From positions 1-60,962 of the forward strand of contig JAQTOI010000003.1 of the NCBI GenBank assembly GCA_028713415.1: a stretch of 60,962 bases of DNA, written 5' to 3'. Origin of the DNA: Candidatus Omnitrophota bacterium. Its GTDB lineage: Bacteria; Omnitrophota; Gorgyraeia; Duberdicusellales; 4484-171. This document shows, in pieces, positions 12,101-27,100 of this stretch. Numbering within the stretch: the first letter of the stretch is position 1; each line of letters starts with the position of its first letter. Below the pieces are notes generated by a model. The model did not search any database, had not been told where the DNA came from, and worked only from the letters and a program-made list of their open reading frames with translations. A program made the translations under genes and the position numbers.

Positions 12101-15100
12101 CTCTTTTGATAAAGTTACCACAGTCAATACTAAATTGTTGCTGCCGCCAGATGTTCTATTCCAAAATATTTCTTCTCCGCTGATGATTAGGAATCCATAC
12201 GAACATCTTACGCAAAAAACACGCGGACCGCCAGCACTAAGCACTATACGCTATGCACAAATTATCAGATTTCCTCACAGGGTTGTTTCTTCACCAATCC
12301 AGCCATTATTATTTTTTACCCCAAGTGTAAGCGCTTCCATTTTGAAAAACGCGTCTGATTACGGATGGCGTGTTTCTTCTCCGGGAAATAAAGAATCATT
12401 GGCGAAACCTATGAATTTATCGGAAAGATGGATATTTGAGCTGGCACGTGATAGTGAGGGGGCCTCGCTTAGCCCAAGTCAAAGCGGGCCTGCCGCAGCC
12501 CTTCGATTCGTTTCAACTCACTCAAAACGCTCCGCAGCCCCCTTACTGGGACGCTCCGCAGCCGGTTTATCTATCGCCGGGCCTAGCTTGCCTCCGGAAG
12601 CAGAAGGTAGAAATCAACTTGGTGCATATGCGAAAAAAGCTATTGCGTTGAAAACACTTTACGATGATGCGCATAACAGTAGAATAACATATTTTTTAGA
12701 GACAACGAAAATGAGGCAAGCGGCGAAAATGGTTTTTAGTCATACTCCTTGCCTTGATTGTGTAAAAGGCGCAAAGGTTTTAGATTTAGCGATAGGTAAC
12801 GGTCTTGTGTCGGGGTTTGCTTTAGAGTATGGGGCAAATGAAGTTGTTGGGGTAGATATATCGCAAGGTATGCTTGTTTGGGCAGAGGAACGGTTGGGAT
12901 CTTATCGGAATAGCGGGCGTACTATACGCATGGTTCATTCAGATATTTTAGGCTTAAGCGATCGCCTTAGAGATGAACAAGGCCGGGTAGAGACATTTGA
13001 TATTGTAATTTTCGGTAATGTGCTTTGCTATTATGATTGGCATGTTCGTATGCACATAATCCAGGAATCCGTTAGTTTTCTTAAAAAAGGCGGGCGTCTG
13101 GTTACTTTATTCCGTAGTATTGATGAAGGCGGTACAACGATGGCAACGCGGCAGTATGAAGATTTGTTTAAAACTTCCGGATTACATCAGGTAGATAGTT
13201 ATATATGTAATAGGGAGACAGATGAGGATCTGGGATTAGAAGAAGGCGAACTTGAACTAGTAATAAATGAGAACGTTGTTGTTTGGGGGGACAAAAGCGT
13301 GTCTAGCCCAACCATGTCTTTCAATGCACAAAACATCTCTTTTGCAGGCTCATCACCGCTTAAACTTTTTAACGCGGAGCGCACAAATATAGCAGGAGTA
13401 CACGTGGTACCTCTGGGCGGTATTAATGGCCCGGGAGCAAGTTGTTTCTATGTAAAAGTCGGCACTACGAGATTCTTGCTTGACGCCGGCCAGGGTGTAG
13501 GAAATCAGAACTTTAGCCCACGGTTTGAGTTAATAGATGAAGGCGTTGATTTCGTGCTCATAAGCCACGCGCACCTTGACCATATAGGGTGTTTACCGGA
13601 AGTGATTTGGCTTTTTGGCAATGTGCCTATTTTCAGTAATTCCGACACCACGCAAAAAATCAAATTGATGTTAAAAGACCACATGGCAATAGTCAGCCGC
13701 ATGAAATTGGGGAGTTACCGGAAAAATGAGAGCAAGATTAGAAGGCTGATTAGAGATACGTTAAATAACAGGAGGACCGTAGAGAGGAATAAATATTATC
13801 AGTTCGCGCAAGATTTGAAAGTAATTTTTCAGCCTGCAGGGCATCTGACTGAAGCCGACACAATCATCATGGTCACACCCTACTGTAATGTCATGTATAC
13901 AGGCGATCTTTCCTGGGAGATAACCCGGACCGCGAGGCGTATACATATACCTGATGTCTCCATTGATACGCTTTTTAGCGAAGCAACCTATGGGAGCAGG
14001 TCCCATCCTGCTACACGCCAGGAGCGAGAAGAGGAGCTGGCGGTAAGAGTCAATGAAGTTATGGCAAGAGGAGGGATACTGCTAATTCCTTCAATCGCCA
14101 CACGCGTTTCAGAGCTCAGCTTTATCTTCGGTCATCATTTCAAGGCAGGTAATTTCAACTCTGAATTTACCGTTTATCTTGACGGCCCTCTTGCCAATAA
14201 AATGCTGGCTGTTGATAGAAGTAATATTAGGTGGATGCCGCAGGATACGATAGACCGGCTTGGATCATTCATCAGAAATAGTAAAATTCAAAAATTGGTG
14301 GCGCAAGATAGAGAGAATATATTAAGAAATGCTAGATGCGTGATCATCGCTACTTCCGGCATGCTTGTCCCGGGAACGCGCTCATACAGGCTCATGAAGC
14401 AAATCGCTTCTGACCCAAGAAACGCCATAGGCCTGAGTAATTATCAGGCTCGCGGAACAGTCGGAAGGCAGGTTAGAACATTTGTGGGCGGCGCGCGCAG
14501 AGGCGATTCTGTCGTTACCGATGAAGACAAGATTGTGATGAATGCCGATGTTTATGAATTCTCTTTTTCAGGGCATGCGGACGCCGGGGAATTACGAACC
14601 ATGATAAGCACTATCAACCCGGTAAGCACGTACTTGGTTCACGCAGAACAAGAGGAAAAGGATGGGCTTCTCTGGAGTTTATCAACAGGCTTGCAGTATC
14701 AAGGTAATATCGAAACACCCGAAATCGGTGAAGAAATAGAGGTGCAGTCATTATGGAAAGAAGCGCGCAGGGAAGCCTTTGACGCTACGCCTGCCGAGCT
14801 TGCTCCTGCTAAGAATTTAGAAATTAAACAGGAAGCCAGAGCCGTCCGCTCACAAGAAAGATTAGAGAGGATAACGCAGGAACAGATAGAGAGAAGCAGA
14901 CAGTTTCAAATCAGGGACGTTACGGAAATTATAACCGGCCTTTTTGGCTTAAGCGCGCAAGATAGCGGCATAGTCAGGCAGGCAGTAGAGCGGCTTGCGC
15001 AAGATGCAGGCGCGCAAAATAGAAACGCAGCCAATTTGCGGAGTGATTTCCAGACATTAGCCAGACAATATCGCAAAGAACAAGTTAGCGCCCAAGAGAT

Positions 15101-18100
15101 TCTAACAAGATTGGGTAATCCCGAAATAACTATTTCGCCGGCTCAAAGCGCCTCCGGCGTTGTTTCTTCTCCCGCAAGAGATAGAGGTAAGGAACAAAAA
15201 AGTAAAAAGGAGAGTGCCGGGAAAATAACAAAGGCAAGGATTGAGGCCGCAAGGTCAACTTCATCCCCCGCGATAAAAGCGGTTATCCCGGACCTTGGAG
15301 GTGTCATAGTTAATGTCAACTATGCTTTGGTTGCGCAAAGCTTGGCGCGGTATAGCAAATTAAGCGCGCAGGCGATTGAAGAAAAATGGTTCGTTTCCGG
15401 AGCGCGGAAATTGTCCGATTTAGGCGTTATCGATGATGCGGAGTTTATCAGGATGATGCGCCAGGATTTGCAGTTAGGTGATATTGATGAAGAAACGTTT
15501 ATTAGAGTTTTTAATTCCGGATTTGAAATAAACCGAAAAATGGCGGCACTGCTTACTGCTTTAAAATTACAAGATCTCAAAGTAGCGATTCTCTCAAATA
15601 TAGGGACTATACGCTATAAATATGTAAGAGATTGGCTTACGCTTGGAGGCCTGGATATTAACAGGTTAGACGGATTTTTTGCTTCCTGCGTACTAAAGAT
15701 GGTTAAGCCCGACCCGCGTATATATAGATATGCTTTAGAAAGGTTAGAAGTCGCAGCCAGCGAGGCAATTTTTATAGACGACGTTTGGGAAAATGTAAAG
15801 GCCGCGCAAGCATTAGGTATGACAGGAATCCAGTTTTTGAACGTGGAAGATTTAACGAAACAATTGATCCGGCTAGGAGTCATCAACGCCGCAGACCTTC
15901 AAGAAAAGAGGGTTTTCTCCGTGATATCGTCTCCTGCTTCCGACATCGAAACCACGCTGAAAGTCTCAAGCGTTATTCCACAGGAGGTAATTTTAGAAAG
16001 ATTGCGCCAATATGCTCGGGATAGATTTACCGCGAGATTGCTTGGTAAGGATAGAATGGTAATCCCTGATTCTCTTGCTGAAGCAACGCGCAAGAGCAGA
16101 GCGCCACCGGCCCTTCGACTCCTTCCAGTCGCTCAGGACGTCGGCACGAGAGTGCCTCCAGTATCTTCAAGCCCCTTGCAACAAGACAGCCACCCGCGCT
16201 ATTCGCTGCAGCATTTCTTTGAAGAAGGCTTAAGAAGATATAATCAAGAAGGTTTTGTTTGGGCAGATAATTTTATTTCCCAAAATAGCCGGGCAGGTAT
16301 ATTTTCTGACTCAGGAAATGGTGCATATAACGGTCGCGCTTTTTTTGACGCGGTGCTCAAATTAATGCTTGTCCCCGGAGAAGTTGGCTTGCATAAGGGG
16401 TTAATATGGATTCTGCAAAGACAGGATTTAGCGGAAATTTTAGGCGAGGGGGTATTGAAACCCGGAGAACGGCAATGGATTATTCAAGAAGGATTATCGA
16501 TGTTTGCGCATTTACAGCCGCTATTGTTACCTCGCAATGTTTCTCCTTATAACAGTGATATTGGCGATGCCCTACGGGATTTAAAATTCCATGCCGGCGA
16601 TGAAGGAAAAGTGGCTCTCACTCAATACGATCCTTTTGAGGTGAGGCTTACGCATACTAAAGTCGAGTGGTTTAAGGGGAGGCTTTACCTGCGCTTACGG
16701 GCTGGCGAAAAGGTAGAAAAGATCCTGTCTTTTGATATGGCAGAAAAAGAAGAGTCCCCGCAAACTATTTCTTACCGGTGGCATATTGAACCTTTGCGTT
16801 ATAGAGATTTCCTTGATTTAGATTTTATTGTTGCTGATACAAGCGGACAATTTTCATTTGCCGTTGCGCACCGGCATTTCGAATTTATCGAAAAGATTAC
16901 CCCGCAGAGTATCCCGCTGGAAAAAATAGATTATCCGAAAGTGCAGGAATTAGAGGGTATAAACGTAATCACTTTTATAATGGAGGCAATGCTGCTTAGT
17001 GATGTTCTTAGCGGCGCAATGAGCGGCGGCCTTGGAATACTTAACGGTGGTTTCCTGCGTGCTTCACGTTACTCAGGCGCCAATTTATATTTTGCCTTAC
17101 CACGTTACCGCACAGGAGCGCAGCAATTTATGGCGGATGGGCAACAAAAGGTGAGGAAGGGTGTTGGATTGGATTATTCGATTTTACTTAATGGTTATGA
17201 AGACTCACTTGAACGCTGGGAAAAAGTAAAAGAGGCGGAAGTAGAATTTACGCTTGAGGGCCAGCAGATAAAAACCAAAGTTACGCTTTTAAAATTGGCT
17301 TTAAAGATTGACGCTCCCAGGCCAGATGTCCATATATTATTAGTAGATTTGACTGATGATGTTTCTGGCGCTTTATACCCCGCCAAGCCTAATTCTAAGG
17401 AGCGCTTTAAACAGGCAGCATATTTTGGAAGAGCAGCGCTTGCAGCATTAGAAAAATTAGATATAACTCCCCAAATACTGCGTTTTCATGAAGGCTATCC
17501 GGCAATCGCGACCATACCGGATTTGTTTTGCCATCCGGCCGTATCCCAAAATCCGCGTTTTATGCAAGCAAAAAAGGCAATATTGGGCTTTAACCACGCT
17601 GCCCAACCACAAGCTAATCCTTATATTTTACCGTGGCATATAGAATCTATTCTGGGTTATTCTTTATCGGGAGATTTTATTACCGAGCGTATTATTGATG
17701 GAAGGACTTTTAGAGTGTATGACCCATTTTATGCTTTAAGCAATAAAGCGGTGCGCGTGGGAACGGTGAGTTTAGAACATCTTCGGGTTATGCGGGAAAC
17801 TTTCCCGGAATTTGCGCACAAATATTTCACCATAGAAGATTCTATTTGGCCGTATTTCTGGATGTTGCCCCAGCAGCGGCAAAGAGAGGGCCGGGTGCTT
17901 GGTTTAGAAGAAATTTGGAGTGCAAAAGCGCTGGCAGAAGCGCGGATGATTGGCTACATTAAAGGTAAATCCGGAGTTGAGCTTATTTCCGGAAGGCCTA
18001 CTATCGTAGAGGCCAGGCGTATCGCGGATTATAAAGATAACTTATTTTTTACGGGCATGCAGGGAAGAGATGGCCTAAAAGGTATTTACTATATTACCGG

Positions 18101-21100
18101 CGAGCCGCAGGAAGGCGCATTAGGTTTAAATTTTATCGCAGCCGGCACTGCCCATGAGGATGACGAGTTAGGCCAAATTTGGCAGCAGGAATTAAGAGGG
18201 TTTTCGCGAGATGAAAGATTGAGAGGAAAATTTGTTTATTTTACCTGGACGCCGGAGGATTCAGCCTATATTATTCCAGGCGCAAAAGCGTGTTTACAGA
18301 CTTCCATACCGCCGTTAGAAGCTGCCGGCATGGCAGACATGAAGCACATGATTTGTTATAACTTGCTTGTTTCAAGTTATACCGGCGGGCCGATTCAGCA
18401 CATTACTAATATACTGCATCACAGTCCCGGGCCATTCAACGCAAGGCCTATGCGAGGCTGGAGAGAAAAATTAGCAGCCTGGCTCAAATGGTTTTATCAA
18501 TATAAGGAAGCCGACGACTACGGGAATGGCTATTTATTTGAACCGTTCGACCAGATGAAGCTGCAGGAGTGCTTGGAAGATTTATCCGCGCGCTTCTACG
18601 CGTATATATATCATGAAGAAGGCCGTCAGCCGCGCGATGTTCAATCGCCCAACGAATATTGGCTTAATTCGGTCCGGTGGTATATGCAAAATCGCCCGCT
18701 AGCAGTCCTTACCAACATGCAAAATGCGGCAAGAATGCTTCCGGTGGTGGACAGCCGCACTGCCTCAATTAAGTTTTCCGATGTTTACGCAGAAACACAA
18801 AACAAGCAGCTTGATTATTCGCAGTATCCCGAATTATTGCGCCGCACGCTTGATGACTTTCGTGCTAGGCTAAACGAGCAAGGCTCATCGCCCACGCGCC
18901 GAGAAAATGTAAATAGCCGTAGCTTTCTAGGCGCTTCTTCGCCGCTAAAAGAATTTGGCAAGCTTGAGCGGGATGTTTTATGGAAAGCAATGAATTCCGG
19001 AGGCGGCCAATATGTAATTATAAGCAATAGGGATGGAGCTAATTTATTTTCTGCTTTTGTCGATGGGCATCGTAGAGAAAGGCCTTCAGACGAACGCACG
19101 CAGCAGAAGCTTTCCGCTGTCGCAGCTGCCTTCACCGATGCAAGAAGAAAAATCTTACAAATCAGCAGGCACGCAATCGATAGAGGAGAGAAGACTGCCG
19201 AATTGATTATTAAAAGACCGATTACGGTTGCTTCTGAGTTATACATGGTGTTAAAACTGCCTGGAACCGCCATCATGGAAAGCGGAGAAGCTTATTCTGC
19301 GGCAAATGACGAACTTGGTAATTTAACGGTAAGAAAAGATTCTCTTCAAAATGCAGATGTTAGGCGAACCAGCGCTACCCGTAGAGGTGAGAGAACCATA
19401 ATTTCAAGAAAAGCATTTAACGACATTGCTGTTGCTTATCCCGCTTTTGGCCATACAGCAGTTGTAACGCTTAATCAAGGCGCCAGCCTTAGAGGAAAAA
19501 GATTAGAACAGCATTATCAAGGCCTTCTTATGCAGCGCATAATTCTTGAGGGATTAAGACGAGAAAATCTCATCGATAGCCCAAGATATCAAAAAGAAAC
19601 GAGCCGTATTACCGAAGAACTTAGGCTTTTGGCTTTCGAAATTGATATTGATACAACTTTCGGTCTTGATGACTATTCTGCCGGAATTATTACTGTCAAC
19701 GAAGAACAGAATCTTGCAAGAGAGCCAGTTTTCGGTATTCCGCCAGCAATAATTTCAGATATTAAACCTATGGAATTTTTAGCCGGCCAGCTCCAGGCAT
19801 TTATACAGCGCCCATCAGCCCCGTTGACTCCGGAAAACAGAGAAATTTTGCAAATCCTTAAGTCAGCTTGGTCTAGCTCAAAGTTAAGAGTAACGATTGA
19901 TGCGCATATTTTAAATGTGATGGTTAACGTTACTGTCGTTGACGTTGATGACGCAAGGCAGCTTACGGGCACTGCAGGAAAGAAGTTTAGAGTAAAGCTT
20001 GAAACAGGAGTAGTGGACGGAGAGGGGATACTGCATGTGTATATACCTTTGCGCGTTTGGAACGAGGAAAGTGTGTCCCGCGCGCCTGGTTTATTCTTTG
20101 ATATAAGCAGGGAAATAATATTATTTTCTCGCCAAATCGATATTGAGAAAATTTTTACTTCTGGAAAAAGTAGCGGCATAACCTCTTCGCCTGCCTCGGA
20201 GAAAGTGTCCTCCAGTCTGGCAGAAGAAGCCAAATATGAGAACCAGCATAATCCTGCGAACGACAGCGCAGTACAGGCTTTTCATCTGGCTTCCGGAGTG
20301 TCTATTGAGGATATTCTTTGGCAGACAAGGCATGCCTGGAAAACAAACCCCGGAGAAAAGCCACATTTTGATTTAAGAGAATTTTTTATCGCCATCTGGG
20401 ATCGGTTAAAATATCGTGGCCCTTACGCCTACCATCTAGGCATCACTGACGCACGCATCAGAATTGCCTTCTACAAACGTCAGCTCATGTTAGTTTTCAA
20501 ACGTAACTCCGATGGCACTTGGTACGCCACTACCGAGTCCCAAACGGAAAGAATCACTTCGGTTAGGCTTGAACATAAAATTGCCGACATTCCTGAAAAT
20601 GCCTGGGTAGGTGAGGAAGAGCGATCCCAAACCTCTTCGCCTGTTGCGGATGACAAGTTCCCCACAGGTGATTCTTTTGATTTCGTCTGGGATACGCCGC
20701 GCGAAGGCCGGCGCGTAAATAATGAAGGCCGCCTGAAACAAATTAAAGCAATTACAATGCGCTTTGGAGGAGTGGTTCCGGATATAGAAGTTGCTGCGCA
20801 TCTTGGAATACAAGCTTTAACTTTACGGCGCTGGGCTAAACAAAGTAATGTAGATTTAGAAAGTTTGGGGGTTGTACATGTGCGTTTTCATATCGGAGAT
20901 GAAGATGTTCAGCTCGACGATGAAGTGCTTTGCAAGTATTATATTTTAGAGCTGATGTTTTTAAATATGGCACTGATTAATTTGACTAATAGGCAGGCTG
21001 ACTTGCGGGAAAAAGCCAAATGGGAAGAGCTAGCGCCGGATGAGGCAGAGGAGTTTGGGCACGTTGACTGGGGCTTGAGCCATATTGGGCAATATTTGAG

Positions 21101-24100
21101 GCGTCTTGCAGCGGAAGTGAAGGATCCGCAGTACGATATTAATAAAGTTACCGGCAGCAAAAATTATCGCCAGGCCAGCCGTACATATATTAGCGATGCT
21201 GCGCAGTTATTGGAAGAAAATAAAAAAGTAGCAGCGAACACAAAATTAGTTGCGGCTATCGTTTCTTGTTTAGGAAAGGAGCTTGAAATTCTTCATCAGT
21301 CGAGGCATGCACAAGCACCGCGCGAGCGCTTCTGGAAACCGGCAGCAGACGGGTATCGATTAAGGCAAGGAAGGTTTAGGAGCTATTCGGCAGCTGGCGG
21401 CGCGCTAAAAGTTGCAGTCAAAAGCTATAGTATCACTACCCACGAATTACGTTGGCAGGCAACGCAGGCTATTGACCATGCAATTGACTCAGAATTAGAT
21501 GAGATAGAGTATTTAGGCGATTATTTACAGAATATTGGCGAAATACAAACGAAGCTACGCCATATACTTGATGGCGGTTGGCGCACGCTTACCTTTGAAG
21601 AATTCACGCAATACCTCAAAAAAATAGAGGCAATTATCAAGAGGCTGCATCCGCTTTGGATTGTAGAGAAAGTTTTTGCACAGTATGCCTTGCATTTAAC
21701 CTTAGGGTTACTCAAGGCCGGATTAAAAATGAGCGACTTAGGGGTATTTTTACGTTTAATTCGGCATACAGATGAATTTTTAAATATGGCAAAAGGATTA
21801 TTTGAACGCCGGAGTGATGAATGCTCAGCGATAATTGAGGGTATTGAGCAAGGCAATCAAAGAATTGTCCGCGAGGAGGTAACGGCACAGAACAAGGATA
21901 TTGTCGGTAGAATAAATCGAATAACAACTCTTTTGGCTGAATCAAAGTGGGAAGCGGCACGAACGCATGCCTTAGGGTTAAGCCAGCGTAAAGATGTTAA
22001 CCGCGAACCTGAGTTCTGGGGTTTAGCCGGGCTTTTTGGTTGGGTAGCAAGAGAATTAGAAAATTTGCCTGAAGATAGAGGAGCGTTTGATAAAGCTTTA
22101 GCAAATATTAATGGCGCGCTGGTAAAGGCGCGTATACGCATGCATGAGGTTGCCTTGCTCGGTGACTTTATGATACGGTTTAGAGAAGCTTATAAACAAG
22201 CGCGCCTCGCCGGCCAGCCTCCAAGCTGCCGCGAAACAGTGTTTAATCAAGTGTGGCTTGAGTTTGCGCGAAGTAACAACTTTGTGCGCGGCTCACCGCA
22301 CTTACGCATCAGGTTTTTCCAAGCCGCTATGCCTTTGCCGTTACAGATTTCTGACCTTTTCAATCCTAAAGAGCGCGTTCCTAACCCTGCTTTTGAAATT
22401 ACCTCGCAAATTGCCCGCTTACAGTATTTCCGGTCATTACCGGATGCACTACAATCGTCCGGATTAGCCCAAGATACGTATCCTGAGACTAGGGCGACGT
22501 TAAAGAATTTTGTGCGTCAAGGAAAAACGTCGTTACACATGCTTAGCGCAATAGGCGAACATTCTGAGCGGCAGATAATCCTTGATGCTTTAGGTGATGA
22601 TATTTATCTTTCGCTTCTTGAGCCGGGGTTGCGCAGCGAGCAGCGCGAAACAATTGCCAAGGCCCTGGATTTATTTTTGCATCCTGGCCCAACTGATTTT
22701 GCGGAAATAAGCGACACCGCTTTAGAGGAAATTAAAGAAATTCCAAGACTTGTTGCTGCTGCACGAACGCACATTCAAGCGATGTTAACTAAATATTTTC
22801 CAACGATTAATCCCATATTGGCTCCCGCGCAAACTATTGTTTACGCGTTAAGCGGTATAACTTCATATCTAACTGGCCCGCTTTATCGCTTGGACGCTGC
22901 CCGAGAAGAAGTAAATGCTCTCACCAGACAGATAGAAGCAATTTTATCCGCTAGAAATAGCATAACTACCGCCTCTTCGTCTTCGGCTTCTGTTGAACCG
23001 CAGGAAGCTTCTTCACCCTTGCTAGATAAATCCTTAACCATAAAAGACCTGCCGAAACTTAAGTATCTAGAAGCCCAAATCAGGCGGCAAATTTCCGCTT
23101 ACGGAATTGAATGGCTTATCGGAAACGCTACTTATGCCTGGTCATCTAGTCATTTACTCTTGTTTGCCCCCAATGCTTTTGCTGGAAGAAAGTGGTCAGA
23201 GTGCGGCTTGGTTGCAGACTTAGTTAGCGAATATGCTTCGCAGGAAAGCCTGGCCGCCTCGAATATAAATCTGATATTAAACCGTATCCTTTATCGGCAA
23301 CCGCTCGACCCGATAACGGCAAGGCCGGCGGCACGGATAGTAGATGCGAAGCTTTCTGCTATCAGGCACGGCCTCGTAGTAACGAAAAGCGGATTTGTGA
23401 TAGATCCTACCGCGCTTAACCATTTTTCGAAAGATTATCCGGTGTACATACCAATCGAAAACCACCCCTTTGCTCAAGCTATTCTTTCTGCTTTATCTGG
23501 TGAAAGAGCGCAAGAAGCTACGCAAGTTTCTCTTGACTCGGCTAATCAGGCACGCTCGAGCTATAACGGAGTACATTTTAGTTACTTCCCGACACAAGAA
23601 AGCAAAGATGGCCTTGAAACCACGATACAATGTTTACCGCTTGCCGTGAGCGTCCTTGATGAAAACAGAATCATCACAAGTTTTATCGGATTCGGCCTAA
23701 GCCGCTTAAGGGGCCAGGGATTGAAATTAAGTTTCGCTTTACACACGGATTATAACGTTCTTAACAGGGCCCGCCAATTATACGAGATCGTACAAAGCTG
23801 CCGCATGGAATCTCATATACCGGTTTTGGAATGGTCCCAGTATAGAAAAGAAGCAGCTAATATTTATCAAAGAAACGACGATACGGAAATGCTTGCATTT
23901 TTCCAGAAAAGAATCGTGGACAAAGGTTTTGGGGGCTCGGAATTAAACTCGGCTCTTGAAATAGTTCCCGGAGTACCGGATGAATTGCTAAGAGTTTCTT
24001 ATAGGTCAGTAATAGATTTTAAGCTTTGGCTTTTATTTATGTCAAGGCTTCCGGATATCTCTTCAAAAGTATTTAAAGGGATTATAGATTCTTCATGCAG

Positions 24101-27100
24101 CCCTTCTTCCGTGGCTTACGGCGGAAGAATTATGCGCCGCCTGCCGCAGCCCTTCGACTTTGTCCGGAAGGCTCGCACAAGCTCGCACCCATTATTATAT
24201 ATAGGTAAGCAAAGCAGGGAGATTTCATCGCCTTTTGCCAGTTTATGGTTTAATGGGGCCAGGTCAGTCGCCTGGCTGAATGTGCATGGGTTTGTTGAAA
24301 ATAAAACGCAAAAAAAGGTTCTTGAAGTGCAGGGAAGAACTGCGTTGCAATGGGCCGGCCTCCTTAAACACGCTTTTGATGTCACAGCCTCTGTAAGCCA
24401 TAAAGAAATGCGTACCTACGCCAGATATCTTTTTAGGGATGTTATACAACAAGTCGATACAATTGTTATCTGCGGGCATTACTTCTATGCTATTTTTGAT
24501 GAAGGCGGCTGCATAGAGCAGGCAGTAAGAGGGATATGCGATGCTTTTGGAAACAGGTGTTTTGAGCTGGTATTTCCTCTTGACCTGATTGAACATTTTG
24601 TGCGAGAAGGCTATGCTGTAAGCCATGATGATTTGTTGGAGGTTTTAGGATTTACGCAGTTAAGCCCAAAGACTAGCCGAGTATATTTTGACGGTGTTGT
24701 TGACCGAGCATGGAATCCGCTAAATTCCCTAAAACCAGTTCATGTCTTTAAAACCACGCAAGCAACACTACAGTATCTTGCATCTTCTTCTATTGATAAT
24801 TTCGGTTCCCTCGAAACCACAAAGCGCGCACCGGCTGTGGATAGGTCAGCCATGGCAAGTTCTGCTATTCTAAGTATCAAAGAATATAACGATGAAGCCG
24901 AGATTTTGTATGGCGAGTTTCGTGAAGAACTCGCTAGAGCAGGTAACGATGAGAATTTTCGCGAAATTTCAACAGCGCAAGCATTACGAAACTTTCTTTA
25001 TCAGAATATGCCTGCGGGCTGCGAAAGAGTCAGAAGTTATTGGCTCCTGACACATTATGAGGCAATTGATGAGAAAAATATTCAGGTAGCTGGCCGTGCC
25101 CTCGAGCAAATAAAAACCGGTACCTTTAAGCCTCCAGTGCACACATCAATCCAAGCGCGGCGCATTGAGCGCGTAATAGGGTTTTTAAGAAATTCAGAAG
25201 TACTCGCAAGCGGAGACAGGGCCAAGCGGCTGGGTTACGAGGCGATGAGGCTTCAACGGCAGCTCGCTGAGGCAATAAAAACTGCGTATTCAGCCATGCC
25301 GGAAAATCATCAACAAAATGGCAACGGAAAACAGCATCTTCCCAATACCCCTAAACGAGCTGTGCACGAAGCAAACGCTGCCCTTGAAGCAGGTGATTTA
25401 GCTAACGCCAGACAGCTTTTAGCTTTAGCATACAACTTATTAGCGCATACACCTGATGCAAAATTGGCCAGACGAGCAGAGAAGCTTAGAGAACAGATTG
25501 CAGAGAAAGGAGGAGCTTCTTCGCCGAATCACGGCAGAGGTTACAGTCCCCACGATTTTATTAGTAAAAACCCACAACTGCAAGGCGTTAGTGAGGCCAG
25601 CCAGTTAATGGGGAAGGGTTGCGTTATCGAAGATGAGTTAGACTACGCCATTCAAAGAGTTAATGGTATCCATGTTTTATTGAACGAATCTTCTTTGAAC
25701 GATGCGGCCTCTACACATGCCTTTTTAAATCTGTCACAAGCAAATAGCCGTTTAGCCTCTGTTCTGCTTGGATTTGAAGATGAGCATATGTTTACGCCAG
25801 CTAATGATGCCGAAAAACAGGCTTTAATCAGACTGGTTAATCTTCTTAATTATGCAGCAGGCACGACCTTAGGAGTTCTTCGCGCTGCCGTGCAAGGAGA
25901 AACACTTAAAATTATGAATCACAAGCCAGGCGTTATTCGCGCAAAGAATCTAAAGCCTGAAGATATCAGAGAAAATACCGTCGCGCAAGCAAGGCGTGGC
26001 CTCGCCCAGTGGATTTGGGATGCAAGGATTGGCACTAATTTAACGATTAACACCATTGACGAAGGTATTTTAGATTTGGCAATGCTTACCTTTAACGATC
26101 CCCAGACGCTTCAACGAGGATTGAGCCGTTACATTGATAACTTGGTTATGTTTGCCCACACTAACGTTCAAATCTATGTTTTTGATGATACCTTAGAGCA
26201 GGAAGTGGCACGTCAAAATCAGGATATCGTGCGTTCTTTATCTGGGGTGGCTAAAGAGAGAGGATTGCACAAGGGTGTAATTTACATTGGGCCGGAAGAC
26301 AGGAAAAAGTATAAAGAGGCACTTGTTAAAATAGCCGCTCACAATACTTCTGAACTAAAAGAGCAAGTGCGTTTGTGGGTAGAAGACACGCTTTATCCCA
26401 GCGAGGGCGGCAACCGTAACTTTATCCAGCTTTATCTTCAAGGCCGCAAAGTCCTCATGGTTGATACCGACAGTTTACCTTGCGTATTTGCATTTAGCGC
26501 GTTTGCATCTAAAGAGCCATTGAAAGACGGTGGATTAAGGTATAGGAATCCTTTAACTATCTATGAGATATTTGGGAACAAGAAAGCAGATTCGTCAACA
26601 GAGTTTGCGGTGGTTGAAATTCCAGTTGACTTTATAGCTGGTTTTAGCAGGTTGTTAGGAAAACCAGTAGAAGATTTACAAGGGTATGCGAAATTAGCCC
26701 GTTCACTCGATCTCATGGACAGGCATATACAAGAAGAGTTGCCCCAAGACGGGGGTATTGTTACTCATGTCAGGTCTATCTCTACAGGCGATGACGATTT
26801 TACCATAACCCACATTTCCGAGGCTGTTCCTGGCGCCATTGAAGAGTTGTTAGTTCAAAACAATGGTATTGAAGCGGTAGGGATGCCGCTTGAGCTTCTT
26901 GAGCAATTCCTTTATCTTGGTAAGCCGTATTATCAAGCTGCGTTGCTTGCGCCCATACACTACCCTGTTGTGGCCCGTAGAGGTTTAAGTTATGGTAACC
27001 AACTTGCTATTGATTTACGCGAATGGGTTACCCCAATTATGGTAGGAATGCGAATGTCAGACTTCTCAGCTTATATGCTGATGTCATTGGTCAATCCTGC

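Noticed and set aside
19673-20233. Antisense ORF of 186 aa. Other antisense or off-frame ORFs in the track include 18815..19276 (153 aa), 36017..36463 (148 aa), 45271..45711 (146 aa, + strand, other frame) and 39017..39418 (133 aa).
   Set aside because: All lie entirely inside the giant ORF, several opposite well-supported enzyme motifs in the main frame. Their translations are low-complexity and Ser/Leu/Arg-rich with no recognisable motifs. These are typical shadow ORFs.
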